A stretch of 44,948 nt of DNA, the filler included, from an uncultured Methanosarcinales archaeon (GTDB lineage Archaea; Nanobdellota; Nanobdellia; Woesearchaeales; DSVV01), in NCBI GenBank assembly GCA_964593285.1. It is 8 parts of 8 records of this genome, joined end to end, with 100 filler letters (N's around TTAATTAATTAA, not from the genome) between each part and the next. Parts side by side here need not be neighbours in the genome. Positions count along the whole stretch, not along the records: positions 16,081 to 22,492 come from CAZQHZ010000032.1; positions 22,593 to 28,817 come from CAZQHZ010000033.1; 6 more parts are not named here. The stretch is one strand, 5' to 3'. The translations under genes were made by a program, and so were the position numbers. Below are positions 18,471-27,534 of the stretch, piece by piece. Every line of letters begins with the position of its first letter. Within the stretch, counting starts at the first letter, position 1. The notes beneath the pieces are model-generated. The model did not search any database, was not told the origin of the DNA, and saw only the letters and a program-made list of their open reading frames with translations.

Positions 18471-21431
18471 TTGGCTAGTAAAAGAAATAAAAAATTAAAA
18501 AATAAAAATACAAAAAAAGAAATATCAACTAAAAAAGAAACTAAAGATGACAATTCTAAATTTAAATTACCACAATTTAATAATTTAAAAAAATATTCAA
18601 AAATAATAATTCCAATATTTTTTCTAATAATTTGTTTATCCTTAAGTATTTATTTAAGAGTTCAACCAGCAGATTTACCAGCAACAGAAATGTGGGCAGA
18701 AAAATCAATGATAGAAAGTATAAAACAAGATATTAAAAACAATGTTAATGCACAATTTCCAAATTTACCCGAAAATGAAAAAAACAATATAATAGATGAA
18801 CAATTAAATGAAGCTTTAAAAAAACAAAAAGACGAAATAAATTCTGCAATAAAACAACAATCAGATTTTTTTAAATCGCATTTTATTAATGAAGAAAAAA
18901 ATACAACATATTTACTTGCAATAGATCCATGGTATTTTTATGGTTTAACCAAAAATTATATTGAAACTGGAAATGAATTTGGTTTAACAGAGGAAGAAGC
19001 AAAAGATGGATATTATCATCCACTAAGAGCTGCTGGAACACCTGTTGAAATTAAAGGAAAAGATTCAAGAAATGTAAGAGAATTACATATTTATGTTAAT
19101 GCATTTATCTATAAAATTTTAAAATTATTTAATCCTGATATTTCTTTAATGAAAGTTTTATTTTATGTTCCAGTAATTCTTGGAACACTAATGATAATTC
19201 CAGGTTTTTTCCTAACAAGAAAAATAGCAGGTAATTTTGCAGCATTATTTGCAGGAATAATTATTGCAATTCATCCATCACTTTTAACTAGAACAATTGG
19301 TGGATTTAATGATACAGATGCATATCAAATATTATTTCCATTATTTGCAATATGGTTTTTATTTGAAAGTTTTTCTTCAAAAAACATTACAAAATTATCA
19401 ATATGGAGCATTTTAGCTGGATTATCAATTGGCTTATTTGCATTTGCATGGAATGGCTGGAGCTTTATATTTTTATTTTTAATATTAACATCAATTGCAA
19501 TACTTTCATACAAAATATTAACTAAATACAATGATTTAATCAATTTTAATTTCAAAACAATTTTTGAAAAAATTAAATTAAATTTGTATTCGTTCTTAAT
19601 TTTTATTTTAAGTTCTGCAATTTTTATCACAATATTTACTTCATTTACAAAATTTACAAATATAATAAATAGAATTTACAGTTTTTTATTTGATTACAAA
19701 ACTGTTGCAACAACAACAATTTGGCCAAATGTATTAACAACAGTTGCAGAACTAAATCCTATTGGTGCAAATAAAGTATTAACACAAATTAGTTTAGAAA
19801 GTAATTTATTATTATTTTTTGGACTAATTGGAATTTTTCTTCCAATGATTTATTTTAAAAAAANNNNNNNNNNNNNNNNNNNNNNNNNNNNNNNNNNNNN
19901 NNNNNNNNNNNNNNNNNNNNNNNNNNNNNNNNNNNNNNNNNNNNNNNNNNNNNNNNNNNNNNNATCACTTAAATCTTTTGCAAATGCATATATATTACTT
20001 CCAATACTAATTGGTCTTCCAATTGCTTCATACATTTTATACAATATTTATATAAAAGAAAATATTGATATTAAATTTAGCACAATTTTATTATTATATT
20101 ATGGTGCAGTTATATTTTCTGGACAAAACGGCGTTAGATTTGTATTATTATTAATGCCAGCATTTGCATTAAGTATTGGAATTACAATTGGTTTTATATT
20201 AAAATATTTACCAGAAATTACAAAAAAATATCTTGAATTACCAAAAATAGTTGCAATAATAATTATTTCATTATTATTTTTAATATTATTCATAAATCCT
20301 ATCAAAAGTTCATTTGAAACTTCACAACAAATGGCACCTTCAATGAATGATGGTTGGTATGATGTTTTGAAAAATATTGATGATAAAGCATCAGAAGATG
20401 CAATTATTAATTCATGGTGGGACTTTGGACACTGGTTTGTTGCGATAGCAAAAAGACCAACAACATTTGATGGTGCAATGCAAAATAATCCTAGAGCTCA
20501 CTGGATGGGAAAAGCCTTAATAACACCAACAGAAAATGAAAGCGTTGGGATTTTAAGATATTTATCATGTGGTGGAAATTATGGATATGATTTAATTAAA
20601 GAAAAAACACACAACGATAGTTTTACTTCAGTAAATATTTTATATGATATAATACCTAAAAATAAAGAAAATGCATTGAAAATTTTAATTGAAAATAACA
20701 TAAGTGAAAATGATGCAAAAGAAATATTAGAATACACACATTGTGATAATTTAGCTGAAAATTATCTCATTACAAGCCAAGATATGGTTGGTAAAGGTGC
20801 AGTTTGGGGACACTTTGGCTCATGGAATTTTACAAAATCACTGATGTATAATCAAATTAGAAAAATGCCCGAAAATAAAGCGATAGAGCATTTAATTGAA
20901 AATTTTAACTTAAGTGAAACTAAAGCTAAAAATTATATTAATGAAATCAAAACAACATCTGCAAAAGATTGGATTTCACCATGGCCAGGTTATCTTGGAA
21001 GCAGTAATTGTAATAAAATAAATGAAACTACAATAAATTGTCAAGATGGAATTATATTTGATTTAGAAAAAGAAGAAATAATGCCACTAAATTTAGGCGA
21101 TAATATTGAACGATATCCAAAAAATATACTTTATTTTTCAGAAAAACAAAACAAAACAATATACAAAGAGTACAACAATAAAAATATAATTACTCTCCAA
21201 AATGGACGCTCAGTTGGTGTTGGAATTTACAAAGATGGTAATCAATATAAATCAATTTTAATGGATTATGAATTAACAAATAGCATGTTTACAAGATTGT
21301 TTTTCTTTGAAAACATAAATAATGAATTAGAATATTTTGAAATGTTTGATAAAACAACAACAATTACTGGCGAAAAAATAATTGTCTGGAAAATAAACTG
21401 GGATAAATATAAAGAAAAAATTAATTATTAA
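18471..21431 (+). CDS. aglB: Oligosaccharyltransferase AglB/STT3 (contains a 100-N scaffold gap)
   Basis: AIDPWY, GFNDTD, TVAEL, WWDFGHW, DMVGK; many TM helices. Confidence 0.93.
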   Translation: MASKRNKKLKNKNTKKEISTKKETKDDNSKFKLPQFNNLKKYSKIIIPIFFLIICLSLSIYLRVQPADLPATEMWAEKSMIESIKQDIKNNVNAQFPNLPENEKNNIIDEQLNEALKKQKDEINSAIKQQSDFFKSHFINEEKNTTYLLAIDPWYFYGLTKNYIETGNEFGLTEEEAKDGYYHPLRAAGTPVEIKGKDSRNVRELHIYVNAFIYKILKLFNPDISLMKVLFYVPVILGTLMIIPGFFLTRKIAGNFAALFAGIIIAIHPSLLTRTIGGFNDTDAYQILFPLFAIWFLFESFSSKNITKLSIWSILAGLSIGLFAFAWNGWSFIFLFLILTSIAILSYKILTKYNDLINFNFKTIFEKIKLNLYSFLIFILSSAIFITIFTSFTKFTNIINRIYSFLFDYKTVATTTIWPNVLTTVAELNPIGANKVLTQISLESNLLLFFGLIGIFLPMIYFKKXXXXXXXXXXXXXXXXXXXXXXXXXXXXXXXXXXSLKSFANAYILLPILIGLPIASYILYNIYIKENIDIKFSTILLLYYGAVIFSGQNGVRFVLLLMPAFALSIGITIGFILKYLPEITKKYLELPKIVAIIIISLLFLILFINPIKSSFETSQQMAPSMNDGWYDVLKNIDDKASEDAIINSWWDFGHWFVAIAKRPTTFDGAMQNNPRAHWMGKALITPTENESVGILRYLSCGGNYGYDLIKEKTHNDSFTSVNILYDIIPKNKENALKILIENNISENDAKEILEYTHCDNLAENYLITSQDMVGKGAVWGHFGSWNFTKSLMYNQIRKMPENKAIEHLIENFNLSETKAKNYINEIKTTSAKDWISPWPGYLGSSNCNKINETTINCQDGIIFDLEKEEIMPLNLGDNIERYPKNILYFSEKQNKTIYKEYNNKNIITLQNGRSVGVGIYKDGNQYKSILMDYELTNSMFTRLFFFENINNELEYFEMFDKTTTITGEKIIVWKINWDKYKEKINY
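19864..19963. other. Scaffold gap (100 N, no linker)
   Basis: Plain N run inside aglB; frame across the gap unverified. Confidence 0.95.
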
Positions 21432-21464
21432 TTTTTTTATTTTTTCTAAATTAAAAACTAAAAA

Positions 21465-22376
21465 ATGGAAAATTCAAATGAACCAATTGTTGCATCAACA
21501 ATAATTAGACGACAATTTAAACATGAATTAATTACAAAAACAAAAAAATCAATGGAATTAGCTAAAATTTATGATGTAATTAAAAAAAATAATATTTTAA
21601 TTAAAATTGATTGTTCATCAAATCATCTAATTCCAGGAATTAATACTTCCCCATATATGTTAGAAGCAGTAATTAAAAATTTAAAATATAAGTTACCTGA
21701 AAGTAAAATTATTGTTGCAGACTACATTAATAACTCTAATAATTTTAAAACATGGGGAGTTGCCGATATATGTAAAAATAATAATGTAAAATTAATAAAT
21801 TTAAAACATGTAAAAAAAGAAAAAATAAATAATATAAAAATACCAAAAATTTTATTAGAAGTTGACCATGTTATTAGTATCTCACCTTTAAGAACAGATA
21901 AAAAATATCAAATTTATACACCAATTTCAAATTTATTAAACATTACAAATAATAATATTGAAATTAAAAAAAAATTAAAAACAATTTTAGAAAATATTAA
22001 TTTATCTTTTGCAATAATTGATGCAACAATTTCTTTTATTGAAGATAAAAATATTAAAAAAACAGTTATAATGGATACAATAATTTCATCTAAGGATTTT
22101 CTTGCAATAAGCAATATCGCATCTAATATTTTTTCAATAAATTATAAAAAAATAAAACATTTAGAAATTGCAAATAAATTAAATTATGGAAATCCTTTTT
22201 ATAAACTGATAGGGGATTTTTCTGAACAAAAAATAAATTTAAAAAAAGAAAAAAGAAATATTATTGAAAAAATTAAAGAATATTTTTGGTATAAATTTAA
22301 AGCAAAAAAATTAGCTAAAAAAACAATTGAAAAAAATATTCTATATACTCTTGAATTTGAAAGTTTAATCAAATAA
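21465..22376 (+). CDS. DUF362-like protein (divergent)
   Basis: ILIK...PGINTSPYMLEAVI..IIVAD, IPKILLEVDHVISISPL, AIIDA, IISSKDFLAI, HLEIA..LNYG. Confidence 0.65.
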   Translation: MENSNEPIVASTIIRRQFKHELITKTKKSMELAKIYDVIKKNNILIKIDCSSNHLIPGINTSPYMLEAVIKNLKYKLPESKIIVADYINNSNNFKTWGVADICKNNNVKLINLKHVKKEKINNIKIPKILLEVDHVISISPLRTDKKYQIYTPISNLLNITNNNIEIKKKLKTILENINLSFAIIDATISFIEDKNIKKTVIMDTIISSKDFLAISNIASNIFSINYKKIKHLEIANKLNYGNPFYKLIGDFSEQKINLKKEKRNIIEKIKEYFWYKFKAKKLAKKTIEKNILYTLEFESLIK

Positions 22377-22492
22377 TTTCTCTATTTGTAATAAAGATAT
22401 TTAAATATAATTAATCTAATTATGATCAACAAAGAAATATTAATAATAATTAAACAAAAAAAATTCTAATAAAACCTGTTTGGAAATGGTTG

Positions 22493-22592
22493 NNNNNNNN
22501 NNNNNNNNNNNNNNNNNNNNNNNNNNNNNNNNNNNNTTAATTAATTAANNNNNNNNNNNNNNNNNNNNNNNNNNNNNNNNNNNNNNNNNNNN
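22493..22592. other. Artificial contig linker
   Basis: N-TTAATTAATTAA-N. Confidence 0.98.
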
Positions 22593-22718
22593 GGATGGTT
22601 CAAATCCATCATATGCAATAATTTCTTTTTTAGAATTTAATAATTCAGTTAATTCATCTTCAGTTACGATTTCTTCTCCAACTTCTTTAATTAATTTAAT
22701 TCTTTCATTTATATCCAT
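22593..22718 (-). CDS. tyrS: Tyrosine--tRNA ligase, N-terminal 42 codons (continues in 33388-34393)
   Basis: MDINERIKLIKEVGEEIVTEDELTELLNSKKEIIAYDGFEPS; 22593-22647 identical to 34339-34393. Confidence 0.92.
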
Positions 22719-22828
22719 ATTAGTAAAGTAAATATTATATTATTTTAAATATTTTTGGGTTTTCTTTTTAAAAACAAAAGGTTTATATTTTATTGTTATA
22801 ATATATTTTAATTTAAGGTGTTTTTTAA

Positions 22829-23623
22829 TTGAAAGAAATTGTAATGTGTAATCCAAAATTTTATGATGTAATTTATGAAATTAATCTATGGATGAAAATT
22901 TCTAATAAAGTTAATAAAGAATTAGCAAAAAAACAATGGAATAATTTAAAAAATAATTTTACAAAAAATAATGTAAAAGTAAATGTTTTAATTCCAAACA
23001 AAAATTGTCCAGACATGGTATTTACTGCAAACCATGGTATTGTTTTAAATGATGGTTTTATTGCATCAAATTTTTTAAAACAAGAAAGAAAATTTGAAAT
23101 CATTAAAGCTGTAGATCAAATAATGAAATTATTACCAGGTTTTAAATATAATCAATGTCCATATCCATTTGAAGGAGAAGCTGAATTATTTCATTTAAAA
23201 GATAATATTTATATTGGTGGATATAATAAAAGAACGGTACTTGAAAGTCATTTTTGGTTTGAAAAAAATTATAAATTGAAAATTTATCCATTATTTATTA
23301 AAAATTCAAAATTTTATCATTTAGATACTTGCTTAACAATTAGAAATAACATTATATATCTATATGAAGATGCATTTCTTAAAAAAGATGTTGATAATTT
23401 AAAAAAAAAGTTTAAAGTAATTTGTGTTTCAAAAGAAATTGCAATGGCTTTTGGGATGAATTGTATTCAGTTAAAAAATTCTTTAATTACACCAATTAAA
23501 GATTTAAGATTAAGAGATGAATTAAAAAAAATATTTCAAACAAAAATCATTTATAATGATATGAGTGAATTTATTAAATCTGGTGGTGCTTGTTTTTGTT
23601 CTAAAATGATTTTAAAAAGATAA
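22829..23623 (+). CDS. Amidinotransferase / dimethylarginine dimethylaminohydrolase family protein
   Basis: YEINLWM, AKKQW, PDMVFTAN, FEGEAE, FYHLDTC, SEFIKSGGACFC; TTG start with AAGGTG SD. Confidence 0.88.
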   Translation: MKEIVMCNPKFYDVIYEINLWMKISNKVNKELAKKQWNNLKNNFTKNNVKVNVLIPNKNCPDMVFTANHGIVLNDGFIASNFLKQERKFEIIKAVDQIMKLLPGFKYNQCPYPFEGEAELFHLKDNIYIGGYNKRTVLESHFWFEKNYKLKIYPLFIKNSKFYHLDTCLTIRNNIIYLYEDAFLKKDVDNLKKKFKVICVSKEIAMAFGMNCIQLKNSLITPIKDLRLRDELKKIFQTKIIYNDMSEFIKSGGACFCSKMILKR

Positions 23624-23630
23624 TTTATAT

Positions 23631-24800
23631 TTAATTTTCAAACACTTTGTGGTTTTTTGGAATAAATTGTTTTTCTTCATTTGTTATATTAAACACCCAA
23701 ATTCCATTTTCTTGAACAAGTTTATCATCAACAAAAATTTTCCCACCAGGGTTTTTTCCTTTTTTTCTTAAATCACAAACAATGTCCCAATGTAATTTAC
23801 TTTTATTTAATCCACCACCATTTGAGAGAAGATATGGATATGAATTTCCAAGAGCAATATGTATTGTACCATTAATTTTTTCATCAAAAGAAATATTTTT
23901 AGCAAATTTTTTTATTTTTCCATTTGTTCCAACAGCAAATTCACCAAGTTTATTAGCACCTTTAATTTTTATTAGTGATTCTAATAATTTTTGATTTGTT
24001 TTAGCAGAGTATTTAATTATTTTACCCTCTTTAAATGTAAGTTTAATATTTTTAATAACTGCAGCATTTCGAATAATTGGTGTGTTAAAAGTTATATATC
24101 CATTTGCAGAATCTTCAACTGGTCCATAAAAAATTTCACCACCTGGCATATTAATATGTCCATCTTCAATATATCCACCTCTATTTTTTAATGAAAAAGA
24201 AAAATCAGTTAATCCAGAAACTAAGATTCTAACATTTTTTCCATAATCAAAAAGTTCTTTTATTTTTTGCATTCGTTTATTTTCATTTATCCAATCTTGG
24301 TTTGTAGACTTGTACAAATAATTACTGTATTTTTCATTTGTCATTTTGGTTAAATTTGCTTGTCCAATGCAAGGCACTTCAGTTAAAACCCATTTCATTC
24401 CTTCAGTATCAAATCCATTACCTAATCTATATTTTATAATGTTATTAACTATTATATTATTATAATCTGTAATTTTTTTTGGATTGACATTATTTAGATA
24501 AATTGGGTTTGAAAGAGAAATTATTTCAATCATCGAATTTGATTTTTTCATTAGTTTTAAAATATGTTTTTGTTCTTTTTTTAGATTTGCCAAAATATTT
24601 TCTTCAATCATTTTTTTTCTTTTATTTAGATTAAAAAGATAAACAATTGAATTTCCACCAAGTTCACAAATTCGCTCATTTAGTAATTTAACAAACCAAT
24701 CATGTATGTCTTCACCGTATATAAAAATAGTTTCATTTGGTTGTATAGTTAAAGAATATGTTAATAAGGTATTAGCTAATATTTTAGATTTTTTTATCAT
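23631..24800 (-). CDS. M29 (thermophilic metalloprotease) aminopeptidase
   Basis: NMPGGEIFYGP, LGEFAVGTN, FDEKINGTIHIALG, NKSKLHWDIV. Confidence 0.92.
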   Translation of the reverse strand: MIKKSKILANTLLTYSLTIQPNETIFIYGEDIHDWFVKLLNERICELGGNSIVYLFNLNKRKKMIEENILANLKKEQKHILKLMKKSNSMIEIISLSNPIYLNNVNPKKITDYNNIIVNNIIKYRLGNGFDTEGMKWVLTEVPCIGQANLTKMTNEKYSNYLYKSTNQDWINENKRMQKIKELFDYGKNVRILVSGLTDFSFSLKNRGGYIEDGHINMPGGEIFYGPVEDSANGYITFNTPIIRNAAVIKNIKLTFKEGKIIKYSAKTNQKLLESLIKIKGANKLGEFAVGTNGKIKKFAKNISFDEKINGTIHIALGNSYPYLLSNGGGLNKSKLHWDIVCDLRKKGKNPGGKIFVDDKLVQENGIWVFNITNEEKQFIPKNHKVFEN

Positions 24801-24868
24801 TTTTATATAAAATAAATTGCCTTTTTTATTTATTATGTTTTAATAAAAATTTTAGAAATTTAAAAAAA

Positions 24869-24942
24869 TGGGCCCGCGGAGATTTGAACTCCGGACCACC
24901 CGATTATCAGTCGGGCACTCTACCAGACTAAGCTACGGGCCC
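24869..24942 (-). tRNA. tRNA-Ile(GAT), CCA not encoded
   Basis: GGGCCCGTAGCTTAGTCTGGTAGAGTGCCCGACT-GAT-AATCGGGTGGTCCGGAGTTCAAATCTCCGCGGGCCCA followed by a T run. Confidence 0.97.
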
Positions 24943-24969
24943 TTAATATTTATAAACTGAAAAAATAGT

Positions 24970-24986
24970 TTATTTATAAAAGTTTT
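24970..24986 (-). promoter_or_regulatory. TATA/BRE promoter of tRNA-Ile
   Basis: Minus strand AAAACT-TTTATAAATA about 30-37 nt upstream of the tRNA. Confidence 0.5.
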
Positions 24987-24997
24987 GATATGTTTTT

Positions 24998-25738
24998 TTA
25001 ATTTTTACCTTGATTTTTTACTAATTCTTGTTTTTTTTTAATTTCTTGTAAATTGCCAAGATAATAGTTTTTTATAGGATTTAAATTATCATCAAATTCA
25101 TATACTAGTGGAATTGCTGTTGGAATATTCATTTCAACAATTTTTTCATCTGAAATATTATCGATATGTTTAATTAATGCACGTAAGCTATTACCGTGAG
25201 CCACGATAATTATTTTTTTTGATTTAATATTTGGTTTAATTTTATTTTCCCATAAGGGAATTACTCTCTCAACTGTATCTTTTAAACATTCAACTGATAT
25301 AATTTTTTTCATGTCTGTTTTTTTATATTTATTTTCATGTGAAGGATTTGTTAAATCATCTTCACTATATGCATTAGGTCTTATATCATAACTTCTTCTC
25401 CATAAAAGAACTTGTTTTTCACCATATTTTTTCACAGTTTCTAATTTATTTAAGCCTTGAAGTACTCCGTAATGTTTTTCATTTAATCTCCAATCTTTTT
25501 TAACATCAATCCAAAGTAAATTCATCTCTTCAAGAACAATATTCAATGTTTTAATCGCACGTTTTAAGTATGAAGTGTATGCATAATTAAAATTAAAACC
25601 TTCTTCTTTTAATATTTTTGCTGCATTTTTTGCTTCAATAACACCATTTTTTGATAAATCTACATCAACCCATCCTGTAAATTTATTCTCTTTGTTCCAT
25701 AAACTTTCACCATGCCTTAATAAAACCAATTTATACAT
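24998..25738 (-). CDS. gpmA: 2,3-bisphosphoglycerate-dependent phosphoglycerate mutase
   Basis: LVLLRHGESLWN, FTGWVDVDLS, WRLNEKHYG, VAHGNSLRAL, NIPTAIP; SD AGGTGA. Confidence 0.96.
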   Translation of the reverse strand: MYKLVLLRHGESLWNKENKFTGWVDVDLSKNGVIEAKNAAKILKEEGFNFNYAYTSYLKRAIKTLNIVLEEMNLLWIDVKKDWRLNEKHYGVLQGLNKLETVKKYGEKQVLLWRRSYDIRPNAYSEDDLTNPSHENKYKKTDMKKIISVECLKDTVERVIPLWENKIKPNIKSKKIIIVAHGNSLRALIKHIDNISDEKIVEMNIPTAIPLVYEFDDNLNPIKNYYLGNLQEIKKKQELVKNQGKN

Positions 25739-25748
25739 TTAAAATCAC

Positions 25749-26102
25749 CTAATTATTCATTATTTTTTCATATGAATTTTTACAATTTATACTACAAAAT
25801 TCACCATAATTATCACTATTAAATAATTTTGCACATAATAAGCATTCCTTTTTAACTAATGAACTATTATCATCATAAAAATCTTTTTTTTTAAGTCCAA
25901 TTAAACAATCAAAACTACAAATTAAATCTTTAGTTAATGGATCATTTAACCATTTTTCTGTTTTTTTTTTACAATATTTACATAAATAAGAAATTTTAGT
26001 ATTTTTTAATTCTTTAATATCTTTATTTTGTCTTTTTACTTCAGAATTTAAAATTGAATTGAACTCAGATAAGTTATTATAATTTATTATTTCTTCAACC
26101 AT
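25749..26102 (-). CDS. Hypothetical protein with two putative zinc fingers (TRASH/FCS-like)
   Basis: CKYC...CSFDC and CLLC...FCSINC. Confidence 0.6.
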   Translation of the reverse strand: MVEEIINYNNLSEFNSILNSEVKRQNKDIKELKNTKISYLCKYCKKKTEKWLNDPLTKDLICSFDCLIGLKKKDFYDDNSSLVKKECLLCAKLFNSDNYGEFCSINCKNSYEKIMNN

Positions 26103-26244
26103 AATTAGCTAAATTTTTAAATTTATTTAAATTTTACTATATTAATTGTTATAAAATTCTTTTTACACAAAAGTTTTTTAAATAAACAAAAATTTCTATT
26201 AAAAATAAATTTATTTTAATAAAATTATATAAAGGAGGAAAAAA

Positions 26245-26433
26245 ATGAATACTCAAATAAAAGAACCAACAAGCAAATATATTAAAGTTAGATGTCCTAA
26301 ATGTAAAAATGAACAAATAATTTTTGGTAAATCTTCAAGCAATATAAAATGCTTAGTTTGCTCAAAAGTAATTTCTGAACCAAATGGTGGAAAAGCAAAA
26401 ATTAAAGCGAGAGTTTTAGAGGTTTTAGAATAA
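26245..26433 (+). CDS. rps27e: 30S ribosomal protein S27e
   Basis: SKYIKVRCPKCKNEQIIF, CLVC, PNGGKAKI; SD AGGAGG. Confidence 0.96.
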   Translation: MNTQIKEPTSKYIKVRCPKCKNEQIIFGKSSSNIKCLVCSKVISEPNGGKAKIKARVLEVLE

Positions 26434-26435
26434 AG

Positions 26436-27215
26436 ATGCTGTTATTAAAACAAGGCTTTCCTGAAGAATCAGAATTAGTATTATGTACAGTAACTAGGAT
26501 TCAATTTAATTCTGTTTTTGTTGAATTAGACGAATATAAAAAACAAGGAATGATACATATTTCTGAAATATCTCCTGGAAGAATTAGAAATATAAGGGAT
26601 TATGTAAAAGAAGGTAAAAAAGTAGTTTGTGTCGTTTTAAAAATAAATAGAGAACGAGGTCATATTGATTTATCTTTAAGGCGAGTAAATAAAACTCAAC
26701 ACAGAAACAAAATTGAACAAATAAAAAAGGAGATGAAAGCAGAAAAAATAGTTGAACAAATAGCAAAAGAAAATAAATTAGATTTAAAAAAGTTATATTC
26801 AGAAATTAAAGAAAATATTTCAAACGAATATGATTATATTGCAGATTATTTTGATGATTATATTGTAAATAAAACAGATATTAAATTACTAAAATTATCA
26901 GATGACTTAGCTAGTCAATTTGATGAAATAATAAGACAAAGAATAAAACCACCTTTAGTTGAAATTCAAGGTGTATTTTTGATTAATATTTTTGAAGATA
27001 ATGGTATAGATATAATTAAACAATTATTAGAAAAAATACAAAATATAGATTTAGAAAAAATTAATTTAAGTTATCTTGGTGCAGGTAAATATTCAATTAG
27101 TATTTTGGCTGAAGATTATAAAATCGCAGAAGAAATTTTAAAAAAAGCAACTGATATATTTACAAATACACTAGAAAAGATAAATTCAAAGTTTGAATTT
27201 AAAAGAAAAACTTGA
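26436..27215 (+). CDS. eif2a: Translation initiation factor 2 subunit alpha
   Basis: FPEESELVLCTV, GMIHISEISPGRIRNIRD, GHIDLSLRRV, YLGAGKY. Confidence 0.96.
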   Translation: MLLLKQGFPEESELVLCTVTRIQFNSVFVELDEYKKQGMIHISEISPGRIRNIRDYVKEGKKVVCVVLKINRERGHIDLSLRRVNKTQHRNKIEQIKKEMKAEKIVEQIAKENKLDLKKLYSEIKENISNEYDYIADYFDDYIVNKTDIKLLKLSDDLASQFDEIIRQRIKPPLVEIQGVFLINIFEDNGIDIIKQLLEKIQNIDLEKINLSYLGAGKYSISILAEDYKIAEEILKKATDIFTNTLEKINSKFEFKRKT

Positions 27216-27219
27216 AAAA

Positions 27220-27390
27220 ATGGCTAAACATATATTAAGATGTCCAAAGTGCTTAACTTATTCTATAAAAGAATATTGTGAATGTGGTGTGAAAAATATA
27301 ACTCCAAAACCTGCAAAATATTCAGTTGATGATAAATATGCAAAATATCGAAGAATTGCAAAAAAAGACATTGAAAATAATTCTCAATAA
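27220..27390 (+). CDS. nop10: H/ACA RNP protein Nop10
   Basis: ILRCPKCLTYSIKEYCECG...PKPAKYSVDDKYAKYRR; conserved position after aIF2alpha; start moved to ATG 27220. Confidence 0.92.
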   Translation: MAKHILRCPKCLTYSIKEYCECGVKNITPKPAKYSVDDKYAKYRRIAKKDIENNSQ

Positions 27391-27399
27391 AAAATTTGA

Positions 27400-27534
27400 A
27401 AATGCTTAATTTATGAAGAATATTGTGAATGCGGTGTGAAAAATATAACTCCAAAACCTGCAAAATATTCAGTTGATGATAAATATACAAAATATCGAAG
27501 AATTGCAAAAAAAGATATTGAAAATAATTCTTAA
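27400..27534 (+). repeat. Tandem partial duplicate of nop10 (no start codon; pseudogene-like)
   Basis: 27418-27534 matches 27271-27387 with 4 substitutions; preceded in frame by TGA. Confidence 0.88.

Noticed and set aside
24869..24942. tRNA as prophage/island attachment site
   Set aside because: No integrase and no duplicated tRNA 3' end seen in the window
27271..27534. nop10 repeat as CRISPR or DGR repeat
   Set aside because: Only two long units, no spacers, no cas or RT genes
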